A stretch of DNA of 64,000 bases from sequence record OQ921725.1; one strand, 5' to 3'. The stretch's first letter is position 1. The number at the start of each line of letters is the position of its first letter. A program made the translations under genes and the position numbers. The notes beneath the pieces are model-generated. The model did no database searches, was not told the origin of the DNA, and was given only the letters and a program-made list of their open reading frames with translations. Below are positions 44,200-53,465 of the stretch, in pieces.

Positions 44200-44535
44200 C
44201 TACAGCGCCGACTTGGCGACGCGGATCATGCGGTCGAACGATTCCGGGGTCATGAGCCCAGCGTTCGTCCAGAGCACCGGGTGACCGGCCATCGCCTCGG
44301 TGATGACCTGGCGAGTGATCGGAACACGCTTGCCGGTCCCGATCTCCAGCAGGTCGATCCCGCCGATGTACGTGTCGTACAGATCGGCCCGACGTACGAA
44401 CTCGTCGATCGTCTCGTCGTCGATCCGGCGGATGCCGGTTCCACCCGTGAGGTACACGATGGCCGACTGCTCGGGGCTCATCGGATCCGGCAGCGGGATC
44501 GTCTCGCCGTTGCTGGTCTCGAAGTACGCTCGCAT
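44200..44535 (-). CDS. Hypothetical protein, paralogue of 52277..52630
   Basis: GIRRIDDETIDEFVRRADLYDTYIG. Confidence 0.75.
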   Translation of the reverse strand: MRAYFETSNGETIPLPDPMSPEQSAIVYLTGGTGIRRIDDETIDEFVRRADLYDTYIGGIDLLEIGTGKRVPITRQVITEAMAGHPVLWTNAGLMTPESFDRMIRVAKSAL

Positions 44536-44618
44536 CTCTTCCCCTTCCGATTCCCTGCCCGGCGGCAGTACGGCAGACGCACGGACCAGAGCCCGTGCGC
44601 CGCCGAGCCGAAGCCGGA

Positions 44619-44996
44619 TCAGCCCTGCTGTACCTCCCGGCGAACCCGCATGCGGTCCCGCCGGATCTCCTGGTAGTGCGCCGCCAGGAGTTCGCTCATG
44701 AAGACCAGGCAGTGCGAGACCATCCGGGACTTCTCGGTGAACTCGCCGTCTCGGTCGGCGCTCCAGTAGGTGGCGCCGCCCAGCTCGTCGAGCAGGTGGT
44801 CCAGGTACCGCCTTGTGACCATGTACCGGCACCAGTCCCGGCTGCCGCCGTTGCAGACCAGCTCCTCGGTCGGAGCCCCGGGGATGTCGGCCCAGCCGTC
44901 CCAGGTGCCGGGGTGGCCGGACCACTCCTCGACCCGGCCGACGTTCGTCCCCGAGCGCGGGATCTGCACCGTGCCCGGATCGCTGACCATCACCAT
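44619..44996 (-). CDS. Hypothetical protein
   Basis: Coding bias. Confidence 0.65.
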   Translation of the reverse strand: MVMVSDPGTVQIPRSGTNVGRVEEWSGHPGTWDGWADIPGAPTEELVCNGGSRDWCRYMVTRRYLDHLLDELGGATYWSADRDGEFTEKSRMVSHCLVFMSELLAAHYQEIRRDRMRVRREVQQG

Positions 44997-45000
44997 CGGA

Positions 45001-45543
45001 TCACTTCCCCTGGGCTTCCCAGTGGGCGTTCTCGGCGGCGTGGATCTGGTCGCCGAACGCCTTGCCGACGGCCCACGCCTCGTCGTACCGGTTGTTGAAG
45101 TAGTGGTCGGCGACCTGCGAGGCGATGTGCACCGTGGCGACCGTGAGCGAGGACCAGTTGAAGGCCCAGAAGGCGCCGCCCTGGTGCGGCAGCAGCTTCT
45201 CGTTCGTGGTGTAGCCGAGGGAGCAGAACGTGGTGGCGAACCGCTCGCACTGGTTGCTGTCGTCGACCTGGTAGAAGGGGCGGGTCGCGATCTTCTTGCC
45301 CCAGATCGAGCCGTTGTCGATGTGCAGGATCTGGCGCTTGCTGGTGTGGTCCTCCATCGGGACCGGGAAGTCGGTCCCCTCCGGGTAGAACGTGACCAGC
45401 CCGCTCAGTTCCGGCTCGATGGACATCGCCAGGATCCAGCCGCCCTTACGGGCACGGGGCTTCTTGCTCTGCGGCATCTCCGCGTACGGCCACGCTGACG
45501 TCTTCCGGACTCCCTTGAGCGGGGTCGTGATGCGTGCACCCAT
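45001..45543 (-). CDS. Hypothetical protein
   Basis: RBS AAGGAG. Confidence 0.75.
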   Translation of the reverse strand: MGARITTPLKGVRKTSAWPYAEMPQSKKPRARKGGWILAMSIEPELSGLVTFYPEGTDFPVPMEDHTSKRQILHIDNGSIWGKKIATRPFYQVDDSNQCERFATTFCSLGYTTNEKLLPHQGGAFWAFNWSSLTVATVHIASQVADHYFNNRYDEAWAVGKAFGDQIHAAENAHWEAQGK

Positions 45544-45654
45544 CGTGATCTTCTCCTTGTTCCCGGTCCCGTGCGTTGCGGTAGTCGTCACCCCAGCGGC
45601 CCGCCAGGCGGCCCGAGAGGGTGGTCGTGCGGCTCCCGGCGTTCAGCCAGGAGG

Positions 45655-45882
45655 TCAGCCAGGATGCCTCGAACTCGTCGGCGAGGCGTACAGCCCGGTC
45701 CTCGTCCGGTTCTCGGCGGTGGGATCCTCGTCCCCGTACCGGTCCATCTCGGTCCGGAACTCCGACGACATCACCTGCTGCTCGATCAGGCTCAGGTCGT
45801 TCCAGTCCGGTCTTCGCCCAGCTCGGGCGATGGATTCCCGCCACAGCGCATCGAACTCCTTCGCCCTGTCGGCGGAGTTCAC
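45655..45882 (-). CDS. Hypothetical protein
   Basis: Coding bias. Confidence 0.55.
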   Translation of the reverse strand: MNSADRAKEFDALWRESIARAGRRPDWNDLSLIEQQVMSSEFRTEMDRYGDEDPTAENRTRTGLYASPTSSRHPG

Positions 45883-46021
45883 GACTGCGGGTGCGGCTTG
45901 GAGCCGTCCTTGCGCTTTTCCAGTGGGCGGGTGTGCTTGGCGTCGTCGCTGCTGCTCATCTCGTGCCTCCTCGGCGGCTTGCTGCGGTCGGTGGGATCCC
46001 TCTCGGGCATCCTCTCCTCGT

Positions 46022-46330
46022 TCACGGGCGCTGCACCAGCATGAGCGAGACGAACATGCTGGCCGTCACATTGGGAACCAGCTCACCGTCGTCGGCCAGC
46101 ACCTCCCATCCGCCCTTGGTGCCGACCTCGGTGATCCGGCCCCGGTAGAAGGTGCCGTGCTCCTCGCGGACCGCGACCCTCACGATCCGGTCCGAGTAGT
46201 CGTTGGCAGCCGCCCAGACGGCCGAGACGACCTCCTGGTTGACGGGGGAGCGGAACTCCTCGAACTGCTCCAGGGTGTCGGCAGCCTGCTTCAACTCGGT
46301 GGCCAGGCGGCCGATGTGGGTCTGCGTCAT
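46022..46330 (-). CDS. Hypothetical protein, SH3-like C-terminus
   Basis: RBS GAGAAGG. Confidence 0.65.
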   Translation of the reverse strand: MTQTHIGRLATELKQAADTLEQFEEFRSPVNQEVVSAVWAAANDYSDRIVRVAVREEHGTFYRGRITEVGTKGGWEVLADDGELVPNVTASMFVSLMLVQRP

Positions 46331-46451
46331 CAGTCCTTCTCGCTTTCCGTCTTCTCTTTCGGCTCGATCCAGAACGGATCGGCCTCCGTACCGCAGATAC
46401 ATGCTCCCGGTGGGCAGTAGCACCCCTCTTCCCACCAGCGGCGCTGCTCCG

Positions 46452-46802
46452 TCACGACGTCCTCTTGTGCCGGACGATCAGACAGTTCCACTGGTCCGGG
46501 CCGTCCTCGTCGTTGCGGCTCACGTCGTACCGGGCCTTCAGGTTCCGCTCGTAGTCCGCGAGCACCTTCTGTGTGTACTTCAGCAGGCCCTCGGCGTCCC
46601 CGCCGAACCTGAACCGGGCCATCGTGTGATAGCCGGGCTCGAACTCGACGACCACCCAGTCCGTCGGCCGCAGTCCCTCACCCAGGGCCCGGCGTACCGT
46701 GAACCCGGCCGTGATGCCGGTCGGCCCGGGACCCACACGCTGGGACCGGTTGAAGCGCTCCCCCAGGAAGCGACTGACGGCTGCTGCGGACGGGGCGCTC
46801 AT
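46452..46802 (-). CDS. Hypothetical protein
   Basis: ATGA coupling. Confidence 0.7.
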   Translation of the reverse strand: MSAPSAAAVSRFLGERFNRSQRVGPGPTGITAGFTVRRALGEGLRPTDWVVVEFEPGYHTMARFRFGGDAEGLLKYTQKVLADYERNLKARYDVSRNDEDGPDQWNCLIVRHKRTS

Positions 46803-47164
46803 ACCTGGTACCCCTGCATCTCCGGAAAGGCGGCCAGGACGATATCCATGAGCCAGCCCCGGGCCGTCTTCGCCTCGTCGGCGCTCAGGCCCTCGGACCA
46901 GGTGCCCAGGTTGGTGCCCCAGTACATCAGCTCGTCCTTGTAGATGCGGACGATCTCCTGCTGAGTCAGGGAGTCCGGGAGGTTGGCCGGTCGCTCGTTC
47001 CAGTCGACGTCGGTCTCGTTGCGCAGGAAGTTCTCGCCGAGTCCGTCGACCAGCTCGTGAGCTTCAAGCTGGAGCGGAACCGACACCTCGATCCATGCCG
47101 ACGGCCGCTCCCTGGGGGTCCCCTTGGCGTAGATCCCCTTGTGCACCCTGATGTCCCTGCCCAC
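46799..47164 (-). CDS. Hypothetical protein
   Basis: RBS AAGGAG. Confidence 0.75.
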   Translation of the reverse strand: MGRDIRVHKGIYAKGTPRERPSAWIEVSVPLQLEAHELVDGLGENFLRNETDVDWNERPANLPDSLTQQEIVRIYKDELMYWGTNLGTWSEGLSADEAKTARGWLMDIVLAAFPEMQGYQV

Positions 47165-47179
47165 CCGTCTTCTCCTTCT

Positions 47180-47638
47180 TCAGACCGCGTTGCGCATGCG
47201 GTACTTGTTGTCCCGGTTCGGTTCCTCTCCGGGCTCCAGAATCCACAGGGCCTGGATGAACACCCGGCCCCCGCTGTACAGGTCGAGCCGCAGGCCGTAG
47301 CGGATGCCCCGGTCCCGGGTCTCGCTGTACCGGACGATCTCGCTGATGTGCTCACCGAGGTTCTGGCCGATCCAGCAGGCGATGGACGCCTCGACGTCGG
47401 CGCAGACGAGCCTGTCGGGAGCGGCGGCCACGGCCGATGGGTAGGCGGCAGGGTTTCCGGTACCGGCCATCAGGCCGTCCTCCTGCGTGGCCACCTGCCA
47501 GGCGATGCGGGCGCCATGCTGGCCCGTGACGATGAAGCCGTGCTCCACACCGGAACCCGGCTTGCCCTCGGCCGGTTTCACCGAGGCGCCTTCGATCTTC
47601 AACTCCCGGAGCGCATCCGGGAATTCGCTGGCCTTCAC
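47180..47638 (-). CDS. Hypothetical protein
   Basis: RBS AAGGGAG after operator. Confidence 0.75.
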   Translation of the reverse strand: MKASEFPDALRELKIEGASVKPAEGKPGSGVEHGFIVTGQHGARIAWQVATQEDGLMAGTGNPAAYPSAVAAAPDRLVCADVEASIACWIGQNLGEHISEIVRYSETRDRGIRYGLRLDLYSGGRVFIQALWILEPGEEPNRDNKYRMRNAV

Positions 47639-47653
47639 GCTTCTCCCTTTCCT

Positions 47654-47665
47654 TGACCTAGGCCA
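47654..47665. promoter_or_regulatory. Operator TGACCTAGGCCA overlapping minus-strand -10 TACGAT
   Basis: Repeat family; preceded by hairpin 47677-47702. Confidence 0.75.
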
Positions 47666-47727
47666 TCGTACAGCGAAGGGGCCCGCCGTCAAGCGGGCCC
47701 CTCGGTATCCGGCCAGCCTCGGCCGGA

Positions 47728-47955
47728 TCAGTCCTTCTCTTCCCCAGTCAGTGAGTCGATCAGGAAGTCGGCGGCGAAGATCTTCTCCCGGGTGATGCGG
47801 ACCTGGCCGGTCAGCTTCGCCTCGATCTCGTCCTCGCTCTGTGCCATCTCGTAACTGGTCGAGCTGTACTCGATCTCGACCGCCAGTCCCGGAACCAGGT
47901 TGATCCAGCTCCGGTCCTTGCCGCCGACCTCGTCGGCGTCGTCACCCCATCTCAC
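47728..47955 (-). CDS. Hypothetical acidic protein
   Basis: GTGA overlap. Confidence 0.55.
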   Translation of the reverse strand: MRWGDDADEVGGKDRSWINLVPGLAVEIEYSSTSYEMAQSEDEIEAKLTGQVRITREKIFAADFLIDSLTGEEKD

Positions 47956-48311
47956 TTGCACTCCCCGAGGTGGTTGAGGTGCCTCGGGCAGCGGCTCCCG
48001 GACTCGGTGCGGCCCTCGCAGTACCGGTCCGGGTCCTCCGGGAGGTCGTCCGAGGTGATGTGCAGCACCTTCGTGGCGCTGAGGATCTGCTGGTACTCCA
48101 GCGGGGGCGTGGTGTGGTTCATGCGGCGCTGCTCGCACTGCTCGTGCGCCCGCTCCCGGACCGACCGTGCAAACGTGTCGGCCATCCGGGAATCGGTGCC
48201 CTCCGCCATGAGGGCGCCCGCGACGGCCGCCATCAGGGCCTCGGTGCTGTGCACCCGGTATCCCGGATCACCCTGCTTGACCCGGACCGTCCAGCTCCAG
48301 TGGTGCGTCAC
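47952..48311 (-). CDS. Hypothetical protein sharing a domain with 48308..48796
   Basis: VKQGDPG...STEALMA..AGAL.AEG. Confidence 0.7.
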   Translation of the reverse strand: MTHHWSWTVRVKQGDPGYRVHSTEALMAAVAGALMAEGTDSRMADTFARSVRERAHEQCEQRRMNHTTPPLEYQQILSATKVLHITSDDLPEDPDRYCEGRTESGSRCPRHLNHLGECK

Positions 48312-48796
48312 TTCTCGTCCTCCCACCAGGCCAGCAGGTCGCTGCCGTCCTTCAGCTCCGTGATGACCCGGTCGGGGTAGCTGCCGCCCTCCGAGAGGCA
48401 GTGCGCCACGCCCTCAGCGAGCGCGGCTGAGCGCTCCAGGCCGATCCCCTCACTGCCGACCAGGATGCCCATCAGGTAGGCCACCAGCGGCGCCTCGCTC
48501 GTCGCCCGGAAGGCGGGACCGGGATCCCCGGCCTTCTTCACGAGGTAGGCCCGGCCCGGCACTTGGCGTCCGCGCTCCCGCCAGACCAGCATCTCGCCGA
48601 TGCTGGCCAACTTCACGCCCTGCACCTCGTCGGAGGGCAGGGCGTCGGCCCGGCGCAGCACCTCGTCCGCCTTCTCCTGCACGGAGACCGGCTCGTTGAA
48701 CCCGGCGGCCAGCAGGACGCCGATGATGAGGCCCTTCACCTCTTCCGTGTTCCCGCTCAGCACCCGGCCGTTGTTCACCGTCAGCCCGTACCTCAT
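48308..48796 (-). CDS. Hypothetical protein
   Basis: VKKAGDPG...SEAPLVA...GIL..EG. Confidence 0.75.
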   Translation of the reverse strand: MRYGLTVNNGRVLSGNTEEVKGLIIGVLLAAGFNEPVSVQEKADEVLRRADALPSDEVQGVKLASIGEMLVWRERGRQVPGRAYLVKKAGDPGPAFRATSEAPLVAYLMGILVGSEGIGLERSAALAEGVAHCLSEGGSYPDRVITELKDGSDLLAWWEDEK

Positions 48797-49095
48797 GCCT
48801 TGACCTCCTCGGCCAGCAGCCAGCGGCCCGGTGTGGGCAGCGTCGTCCGATAGGAACCCCGCAGCAGTGCGTCGGTGACCTTGCTGCGGATGATCGCCAG
48901 CTCGTCCTGGTCGGCGACCCCGTGCTGCTCGAAGACCGTCATGATCTGGTCAATGGTCACGGCCAGCCCTTCGGTCTCCCGCCCCGGGTGCAGCAGGTCG
49001 GCGGGCACGGGGTCGTCCGGCTTCGGGGCGGCCGGATTCCCGGCCTGCGCACCGAGCGGGGGCGGGTCCTGGAACACCCAGAATCTGTACTTCAT
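48793..49095 (-). CDS. Hypothetical protein
   Basis: CGGAACGGAGGAG leader. Confidence 0.7.
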   Translation of the reverse strand: MKYRFWVFQDPPPLGAQAGNPAAPKPDDPVPADLLHPGRETEGLAVTIDQIMTVFEQHGVADQDELAIIRSKVTDALLRGSYRTTLPTPGRWLLAEEVKA

Positions 49096-49170
49096 GATCT
49101 TTTCTCCTCCGTTCCGATGATCCACCGAGGGGCACGGACCGAAGTCCGTGCTCCCCGGAAGCCGACCGGC

Positions 49171-49506
49171 TCAGATCTTGCAGGTGTACAGGGTGTTCGA
49201 CTCCAGGGCCGTCGGCCGCAGGGCCTCGACCTCCATCTCCGGGCCGTCCTCCCCGTCCGCCACGACCAGCGTGCAGCGGATCAGCTCCCGGCTGCCCGGC
49301 AGCAGGACGTAGAGGTCGTGAGCCATCTCCCGCAGGGGGGCCCCGTCCTCCCGCATGGCCCGCGCCCACGCCTTCACGGCGTCCAGGTAGATGATCCCGT
49401 GGAAGCCGTCGTTCTGGGTGAAGTGGAACACCGGCTCCCGGGTGGGCGCCTGCATGTGCAGGCCGTTCCCGCAGGTGACGTTGGGGATGTCGATCATCTT
49501 GGCCAC
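49171..49506 (-). CDS. Hypothetical protein
   Basis: Coding bias. Confidence 0.7.
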   Translation of the reverse strand: MAKMIDIPNVTCGNGLHMQAPTREPVFHFTQNDGFHGIIYLDAVKAWARAMREDGAPLREMAHDLYVLLPGSRELIRCTLVVADGEDGPEMEVEALRPTALESNTLYTCKI

Positions 49507-49821
49507 TTACTTCTCCTCTTCCGGATGGGACTCGCGCGCCCACGGCCTGCCCCAGTTGTCCAGCAGGTACGTGAGCGTGTCCCGCAGCTCGGTCATGCGC
49601 TGCTTGTCCAGGGCCAGGTCGTCGCAGCCGTCCCTCAGTTCCCACGGCTGCGGGTCCTGGCGCGGGTCGACGAAGTACAGGTTGTCGGACCCGTCCGCCT
49701 GGTACATGTCGAAGGTGTACTCGCTGTGGCCGTAAGGCCCCAGGTACGTCCACTTCAGGTCGAGCGCGCCCGGCTCGGGCCGCTTGCCGACCTCCTCGGG
49801 CTTCCTGCCGAAGGCGCTCAC
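49507..49821 (-). CDS. Hypothetical protein
   Basis: GTGA overlap. Confidence 0.7.
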   Translation of the reverse strand: MSAFGRKPEEVGKRPEPGALDLKWTYLGPYGHSEYTFDMYQADGSDNLYFVDPRQDPQPWELRDGCDDLALDKQRMTELRDTLTYLLDNWGRPWARESHPEEEK

Positions 49822-50147
49822 TCGTCCACGCCCCTGATCCGGTACACGACCTGGCCCTTGACGACGATCTCGGCGCCGCCGCCCGTACCGGTCAGCCTGC
49901 GCACGTGGCAGTGCTGGGGGAACGGCATCTTCTCGGTCTTCACCTGGATGAAGTCCCACGCCTCCTCGATCCGGAGGTCACCCTGCTCGATGTCGTACAG
50001 CGTCGAGCCGATGTAGTCCGGGTGCGCGAGTGCCATCGCCCCGGACTTCACGATCACGAAGATCACCGGCACTTCGTCCGGGTCGACCCACACCGTCGGG
50101 TGCAGGACGTTCGTGCCGTCGCGGTCGGTGATGCGGATGCCTGCCAT
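49818..50147 (-). CDS. Hypothetical protein
   Basis: RBS GGAGGA. Confidence 0.7.
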   Translation of the reverse strand: MAGIRITDRDGTNVLHPTVWVDPDEVPVIFVIVKSGAMALAHPDYIGSTLYDIEQGDLRIEEAWDFIQVKTEKMPFPQHCHVRRLTGTGGGAEIVVKGQVVYRIRGVDE

Positions 50148-50149
50148 GC

Positions 50150-50470
50150 TCAGATCCTCCCCGGCCGGATGGCCAGCTTGTCGTGCTCGTTGAACGCGAC
50201 CTCGGCCTCGCTCCAGAACAGGCCCCGGCGGCTGTCGATACGCAGCCACCGGCCGTCGAGCGACGTGGCCCGCATCAGGTGGACGTTGTAGGCGTCCGGG
50301 TCGCCGTTGTGCTCGGGGCTGGTGTCGTACGTGATGACGAAGGCGAAGTAGCCCGGCGTCTTCGCCAGAACCAGGTTCGGCTGCCACCCCAGGAAGCTGC
50401 CCTTGATCACGGGCATCCCTTCCACCCGGGTCGGTGCCTCCTTGACGCGCAGCTTGTCCTCGTTGCCCAT
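50150..50470 (-). CDS. Hypothetical protein
   Basis: RBS GGGAG. Confidence 0.7.
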   Translation of the reverse strand: MGNEDKLRVKEAPTRVEGMPVIKGSFLGWQPNLVLAKTPGYFAFVITYDTSPEHNGDPDAYNVHLMRATSLDGRWLRIDSRRGLFWSEAEVAFNEHDKLAIRPGRI

Positions 50471-50473
50471 GCC

Positions 50474-50818
50474 CTACTCCCCGTCCCATCCGAAGGTGAT
50501 CGACGACCAGTCCACGCCGCCGAAGTGGAAGCTGCCGGTCTTCAGCTCGTCGTGCTCCCAGGCCGACTTGATCCAGTCCCGAATCGCTTCCTTCAGGTTC
50601 TCCTGGCACTTGGCCGGGTCCGCCTCGCAGTCGTGGTCCGGGTCCAGGACGCAGCCGCCCTCCTCCCAGCCCTCCATCCCGCTCGGCTCTTTCCCGGTGC
50701 GGTCCATCTCGCCCTCGACGGCCTGCCAGATGCCCTCCCAGGAGGGTGCGTTGAACTCCTCGCTGCTCTCCAGTCTGTGATCGACGCCGTACCGCTCGAC
50801 CTTGATCCGGTGACCCAT
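50474..50818 (-). CDS. Hypothetical acidic protein
   Basis: TGATG coupling. Confidence 0.7.
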   Translation of the reverse strand: MGHRIKVERYGVDHRLESSEEFNAPSWEGIWQAVEGEMDRTGKEPSGMEGWEEGGCVLDPDHDCEADPAKCQENLKEAIRDWIKSAWEHDELKTGSFHFGGVDWSSITFGWDGE

Positions 50819-51027
50819 CAGTCCGTCTCCTCCAGGTACACGTAGACCGTGTTGCTCAGGGTGGCCTCGTCGGCGTCCTGACCGACGTGGTGCACCGTCC
50901 ATGTACCGGAGTGCAGGCCCGTCGTGTTGATCGTGGACCCGATCTGCGGCACGTGACCGGCGGTCACCGAGTTCTGCGACCGAGGCCGATTCCCCTGCCT
51001 CGGGAAGCACAGCACCAGCGTGAACAT
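50818..51027 (-). CDS. Hypothetical protein
   Basis: RBS AAGGGAGAAG. Confidence 0.65.
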   Translation of the reverse strand: MFTLVLCFPRQGNRPRSQNSVTAGHVPQIGSTINTTGLHSGTWTVHHVGQDADEATLSNTVYVYLEETD

Positions 51028-51102
51028 CCTCTTCTCCCTTCCGTTTCCACCGGGCTGACCCGGACTCCACGGGGCCCCCATCGGAGGCCCCGCAGGGCTC
51101 GC

Positions 51103-51510
51103 TCAGAACGGCGCCGTGATGCGCGGGATGGCGAACTCGCTGTCCCGTTCCGTCTCGACGGTGACCCCGAAGCTGCGCAGCGCCCGGACCGACTCGATGG
51201 CCAGCTCCTTCGCCTGCGCGTCGGTCACGTCCTCCCGGTCGATGCGGCCCTGCGGCAGGTCGCCCCAGTCCACGCCCCGGATGAAGCGCTCGGCGCTCAC
51301 CAGGTCCGTGAGGTCCCGGTCGACGGGCACCACCCGGACGATGACGAACTGCCAGTCCCCGCCGTCGAACGCGGCCAGGTCTTCCTCGCTGTACCCCTCC
51401 AGCAGGACCGGGCTGGCCACCCCGTCCCGCTTCAGCTCGACCTTGAAGTCCATGTTCCGGACGCCCCACCGGGCACCCGGAACCGTCCACCAGTCCAGCA
51501 GGTCGTTCAC
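51103..51510 (-). CDS. Acidic hypothetical protein
   Basis: EDLAAFDGGDWQFVIVRV motif. Confidence 0.75.
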   Translation of the reverse strand: MNDLLDWWTVPGARWGVRNMDFKVELKRDGVASPVLLEGYSEEDLAAFDGGDWQFVIVRVVPVDRDLTDLVSAERFIRGVDWGDLPQGRIDREDVTDAQAKELAIESVRALRSFGVTVETERDSEFAIPRITAPF

Positions 51511-51514
51511 TTGA

Positions 51515-51961
51515 TCAGCTCCCGAAGATGAACGTGCCGGACTCGCCCGCCGGGACCGGCATCACGACGAAGTGCAGGCCGATCGTCGGGGTCATGCCGT
51601 CGTCGGCGTACGAGCCCCAGTCGAAGCGGTCCACGCCGCCCGCCTTGTCGAGCGCGTTGTACAGGCGGCCCAGCTCGGTGTGGTCCCCGGCGTCCTTGGC
51701 GTAGGTCTCCAGCGCGTGGCCGACGGTGGCCCCGGAGTGCAGGTAGTTCTCCTCCATGAACTCCATGACCTTGTCGGCCGGGACGTCCTCGAAGGTGTCC
51801 GGGTCGTCCTTGATCAGCTCGGCGGCGGCGAGCACCGCCCACTTGCCGTACTTCCCGATCGCCTCGACCACGTGATCGGCCGCCGGGTTGGCGCCCGCCC
51901 GGTAGGTCCCGCTCTCGTGCGCCGTCACCACGTCGGCGGCCACGTTCCTGAAGCTGTCCAC
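51515..51961 (-). CDS. ArdA-like antirestriction (DNA-mimic) protein
   Basis: Acidic; FMEENYLHSG...RFDWGSYADD...GTFIF parallels ArdA C-terminal FEE.Y.G...YFDYE.YARD...YVF. Confidence 0.5.
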   Translation of the reverse strand: MDSFRNVAADVVTAHESGTYRAGANPAADHVVEAIGKYGKWAVLAAAELIKDDPDTFEDVPADKVMEFMEENYLHSGATVGHALETYAKDAGDHTELGRLYNALDKAGGVDRFDWGSYADDGMTPTIGLHFVVMPVPAGESGTFIFGS

Positions 51962-51964
51962 GTT

Positions 51965-52267
51965 CTACTTCCCCTCGCTCCGAAGGCGCCCGGCGTTCCG
52001 CGCCTGCGCCATCATGTCCTCGAACACCTCGTCGGCGTTCAGGTTGTTGTGCCGGAGCCGCATCTCCTCGACGGACTCCATCAGCACTCGGGCCTTCTCC
52101 GGGCCCGGCATCTTCTGCGCCAGCTCCCGACCGGCCAGCCGGACGATCTCCGAGGCAGTCGCCTCGATGCTCGACAGCTTCCCGCCGTTCTGCATGTACG
52201 TGAGGACGCCGATGGCGTAGCCGATCGCCGTCTCCTCGTACTCGTCACCCTTCTCGTCCGCCACCAC
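51965..52267 (-). CDS. Hypothetical protein
   Basis: RBS GAGGGA. Confidence 0.7.
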   Translation of the reverse strand: MVADEKGDEYEETAIGYAIGVLTYMQNGGKLSSIEATASEIVRLAGRELAQKMPGPEKARVLMESVEEMRLRHNNLNADEVFEDMMAQARNAGRLRSEGK

Positions 52268-52276
52268 AGGCGTCCC

Positions 52277-52630
52277 TCACTTCCGACTGTCGACGCTGTT
52301 CCAGTACGCGTCGATCTCCTTCTTCATGGCCTGGTCGAAGTCCCGCTTGCTGCGGGCCGTCCAGTTCGTCCGGGCGCCGGGCAGTAGCTCGGTGAAGTCC
52401 GCCCGGGTGAAGATCCGGGGCGTTCCGTCACCGTTGCGCCACACGATGCCGACGTACGCCTGCAACAGGTCCGCCCGGCGCACGAACTCGTCCAGCGTGG
52501 AGCGGTCGAGCCGGGGGATCCCGATTCCCATCTCGTTCAGCACCAGGAACGCCTGCTGCACCGGGCTCAGGTCGGCGGCCGGGTCCTGGTCGATCCCGTC
52601 GGGCTTCTTGAAGGCGTAGCTCACCGGCAT
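52277..52630 (-). CDS. Hypothetical protein, paralogue of 44200..44535
   Basis: GIPRLDRSTLDEFVRRADLLQAYVG. Confidence 0.75.
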   Translation of the reverse strand: MPVSYAFKKPDGIDQDPAADLSPVQQAFLVLNEMGIGIPRLDRSTLDEFVRRADLLQAYVGIVWRNGDGTPRIFTRADFTELLPGARTNWTARSKRDFDQAMKKEIDAYWNSVDSRK

Positions 52631-52721
52631 GTTCTTCTCCTTCTCCGTACTGACGGGACTCGTCAGGGCGGTCCTGTTCCGCCTACCGGGAGCCCTTCCC
52701 AGGGGCCCGGTTTCGTCCGTG

Positions 52722-53030
52722 TCAGACCGTCCAGTCCAGGTCGTCGAACAGGCCCCGGAGGACGTCCTGCGCATGCTCGGGAACGTGAGTGTCACCGAAC
52801 ACCGGGTAGTCCACGACCGGGATCACGGCGAGGATCCGGGAAGCGTCGTCCCGAGCCGTGACGAAGGCCCGGCGCCGCCCCTTCAGTTCCTCGTGCGCGG
52901 CCTTGACCGCCCGCTCCAGGGCGTGCGGCCCGGAGATCGGTGCCGATGTACCGAAGGTGGAGTTCGGTCCCGGGTCGACGACCGTGGAGTGGACGATGTA
53001 GTGCGTGGTGTCGCGGGTCAGCTCGGCCAT
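52722..53030 (-). CDS. Hypothetical protein
   Basis: Coding bias. Confidence 0.7.
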   Translation of the reverse strand: MAELTRDTTHYIVHSTVVDPGPNSTFGTSAPISGPHALERAVKAAHEELKGRRRAFVTARDDASRILAVIPVVDYPVFGDTHVPEHAQDVLRGLFDDLDWTV

Positions 53031-53041
53031 CCCGGATCTCC

Positions 53042-53389
53042 TCAGAAGTCGTGCGGGTAGTCGGTCGGCATCGGGTCACCGGGGCCGATCAGCTTGGGCG
53101 GGTGCACGTAGGACAGGCCCGCCTGGTTGTACCGGTACAGCTCGACCTTCTCGGCCCGGTCGTACTCCTCCCGGCGCTGGTTCCAGTCGGGCCGCTCCAG
53201 CTCCAGATCGGCCTTCGGAATCTTCATCGCTTCGCGCAGGGACTCGTTGTAAGCGTTGCGGTACTCCACCGCCCGGCCGTGCCCCTCCTCCGTGTTCGGG
53301 AAGCGGTACACCGTGTGCACCTGGCCCGGCTCACCGGCCACCACGTCCACAAACTCGGCCGTGCGCCGGTACTCGTCCATCTGCTGCAT
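53042..53389 (-). CDS. Hypothetical protein
   Basis: RBS GGAGGAGG. Confidence 0.75.
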   Translation of the reverse strand: MQQMDEYRRTAEFVDVVAGEPGQVHTVYRFPNTEEGHGRAVEYRNAYNESLREAMKIPKADLELERPDWNQRREEYDRAEKVELYRYNQAGLSYVHPPKLIGPGDPMPTDYPHDF

Positions 53390-53438
53390 GCCGTTCCTCC
53401 TCCGGCCCCGGGGTTCTCCCGGGGCCCTCGAATCCTAC

Positions 53439-53450
53439 TGACCTAGGCCG
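53439..53450. promoter_or_regulatory. Operator TGACCTAGGCCG, 1 nt upstream of minus-strand -10 TAGGAT
   Basis: Repeat family. Confidence 0.7.
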
Positions 53451-53465
53451 TGAAGTTCCAGTTCT

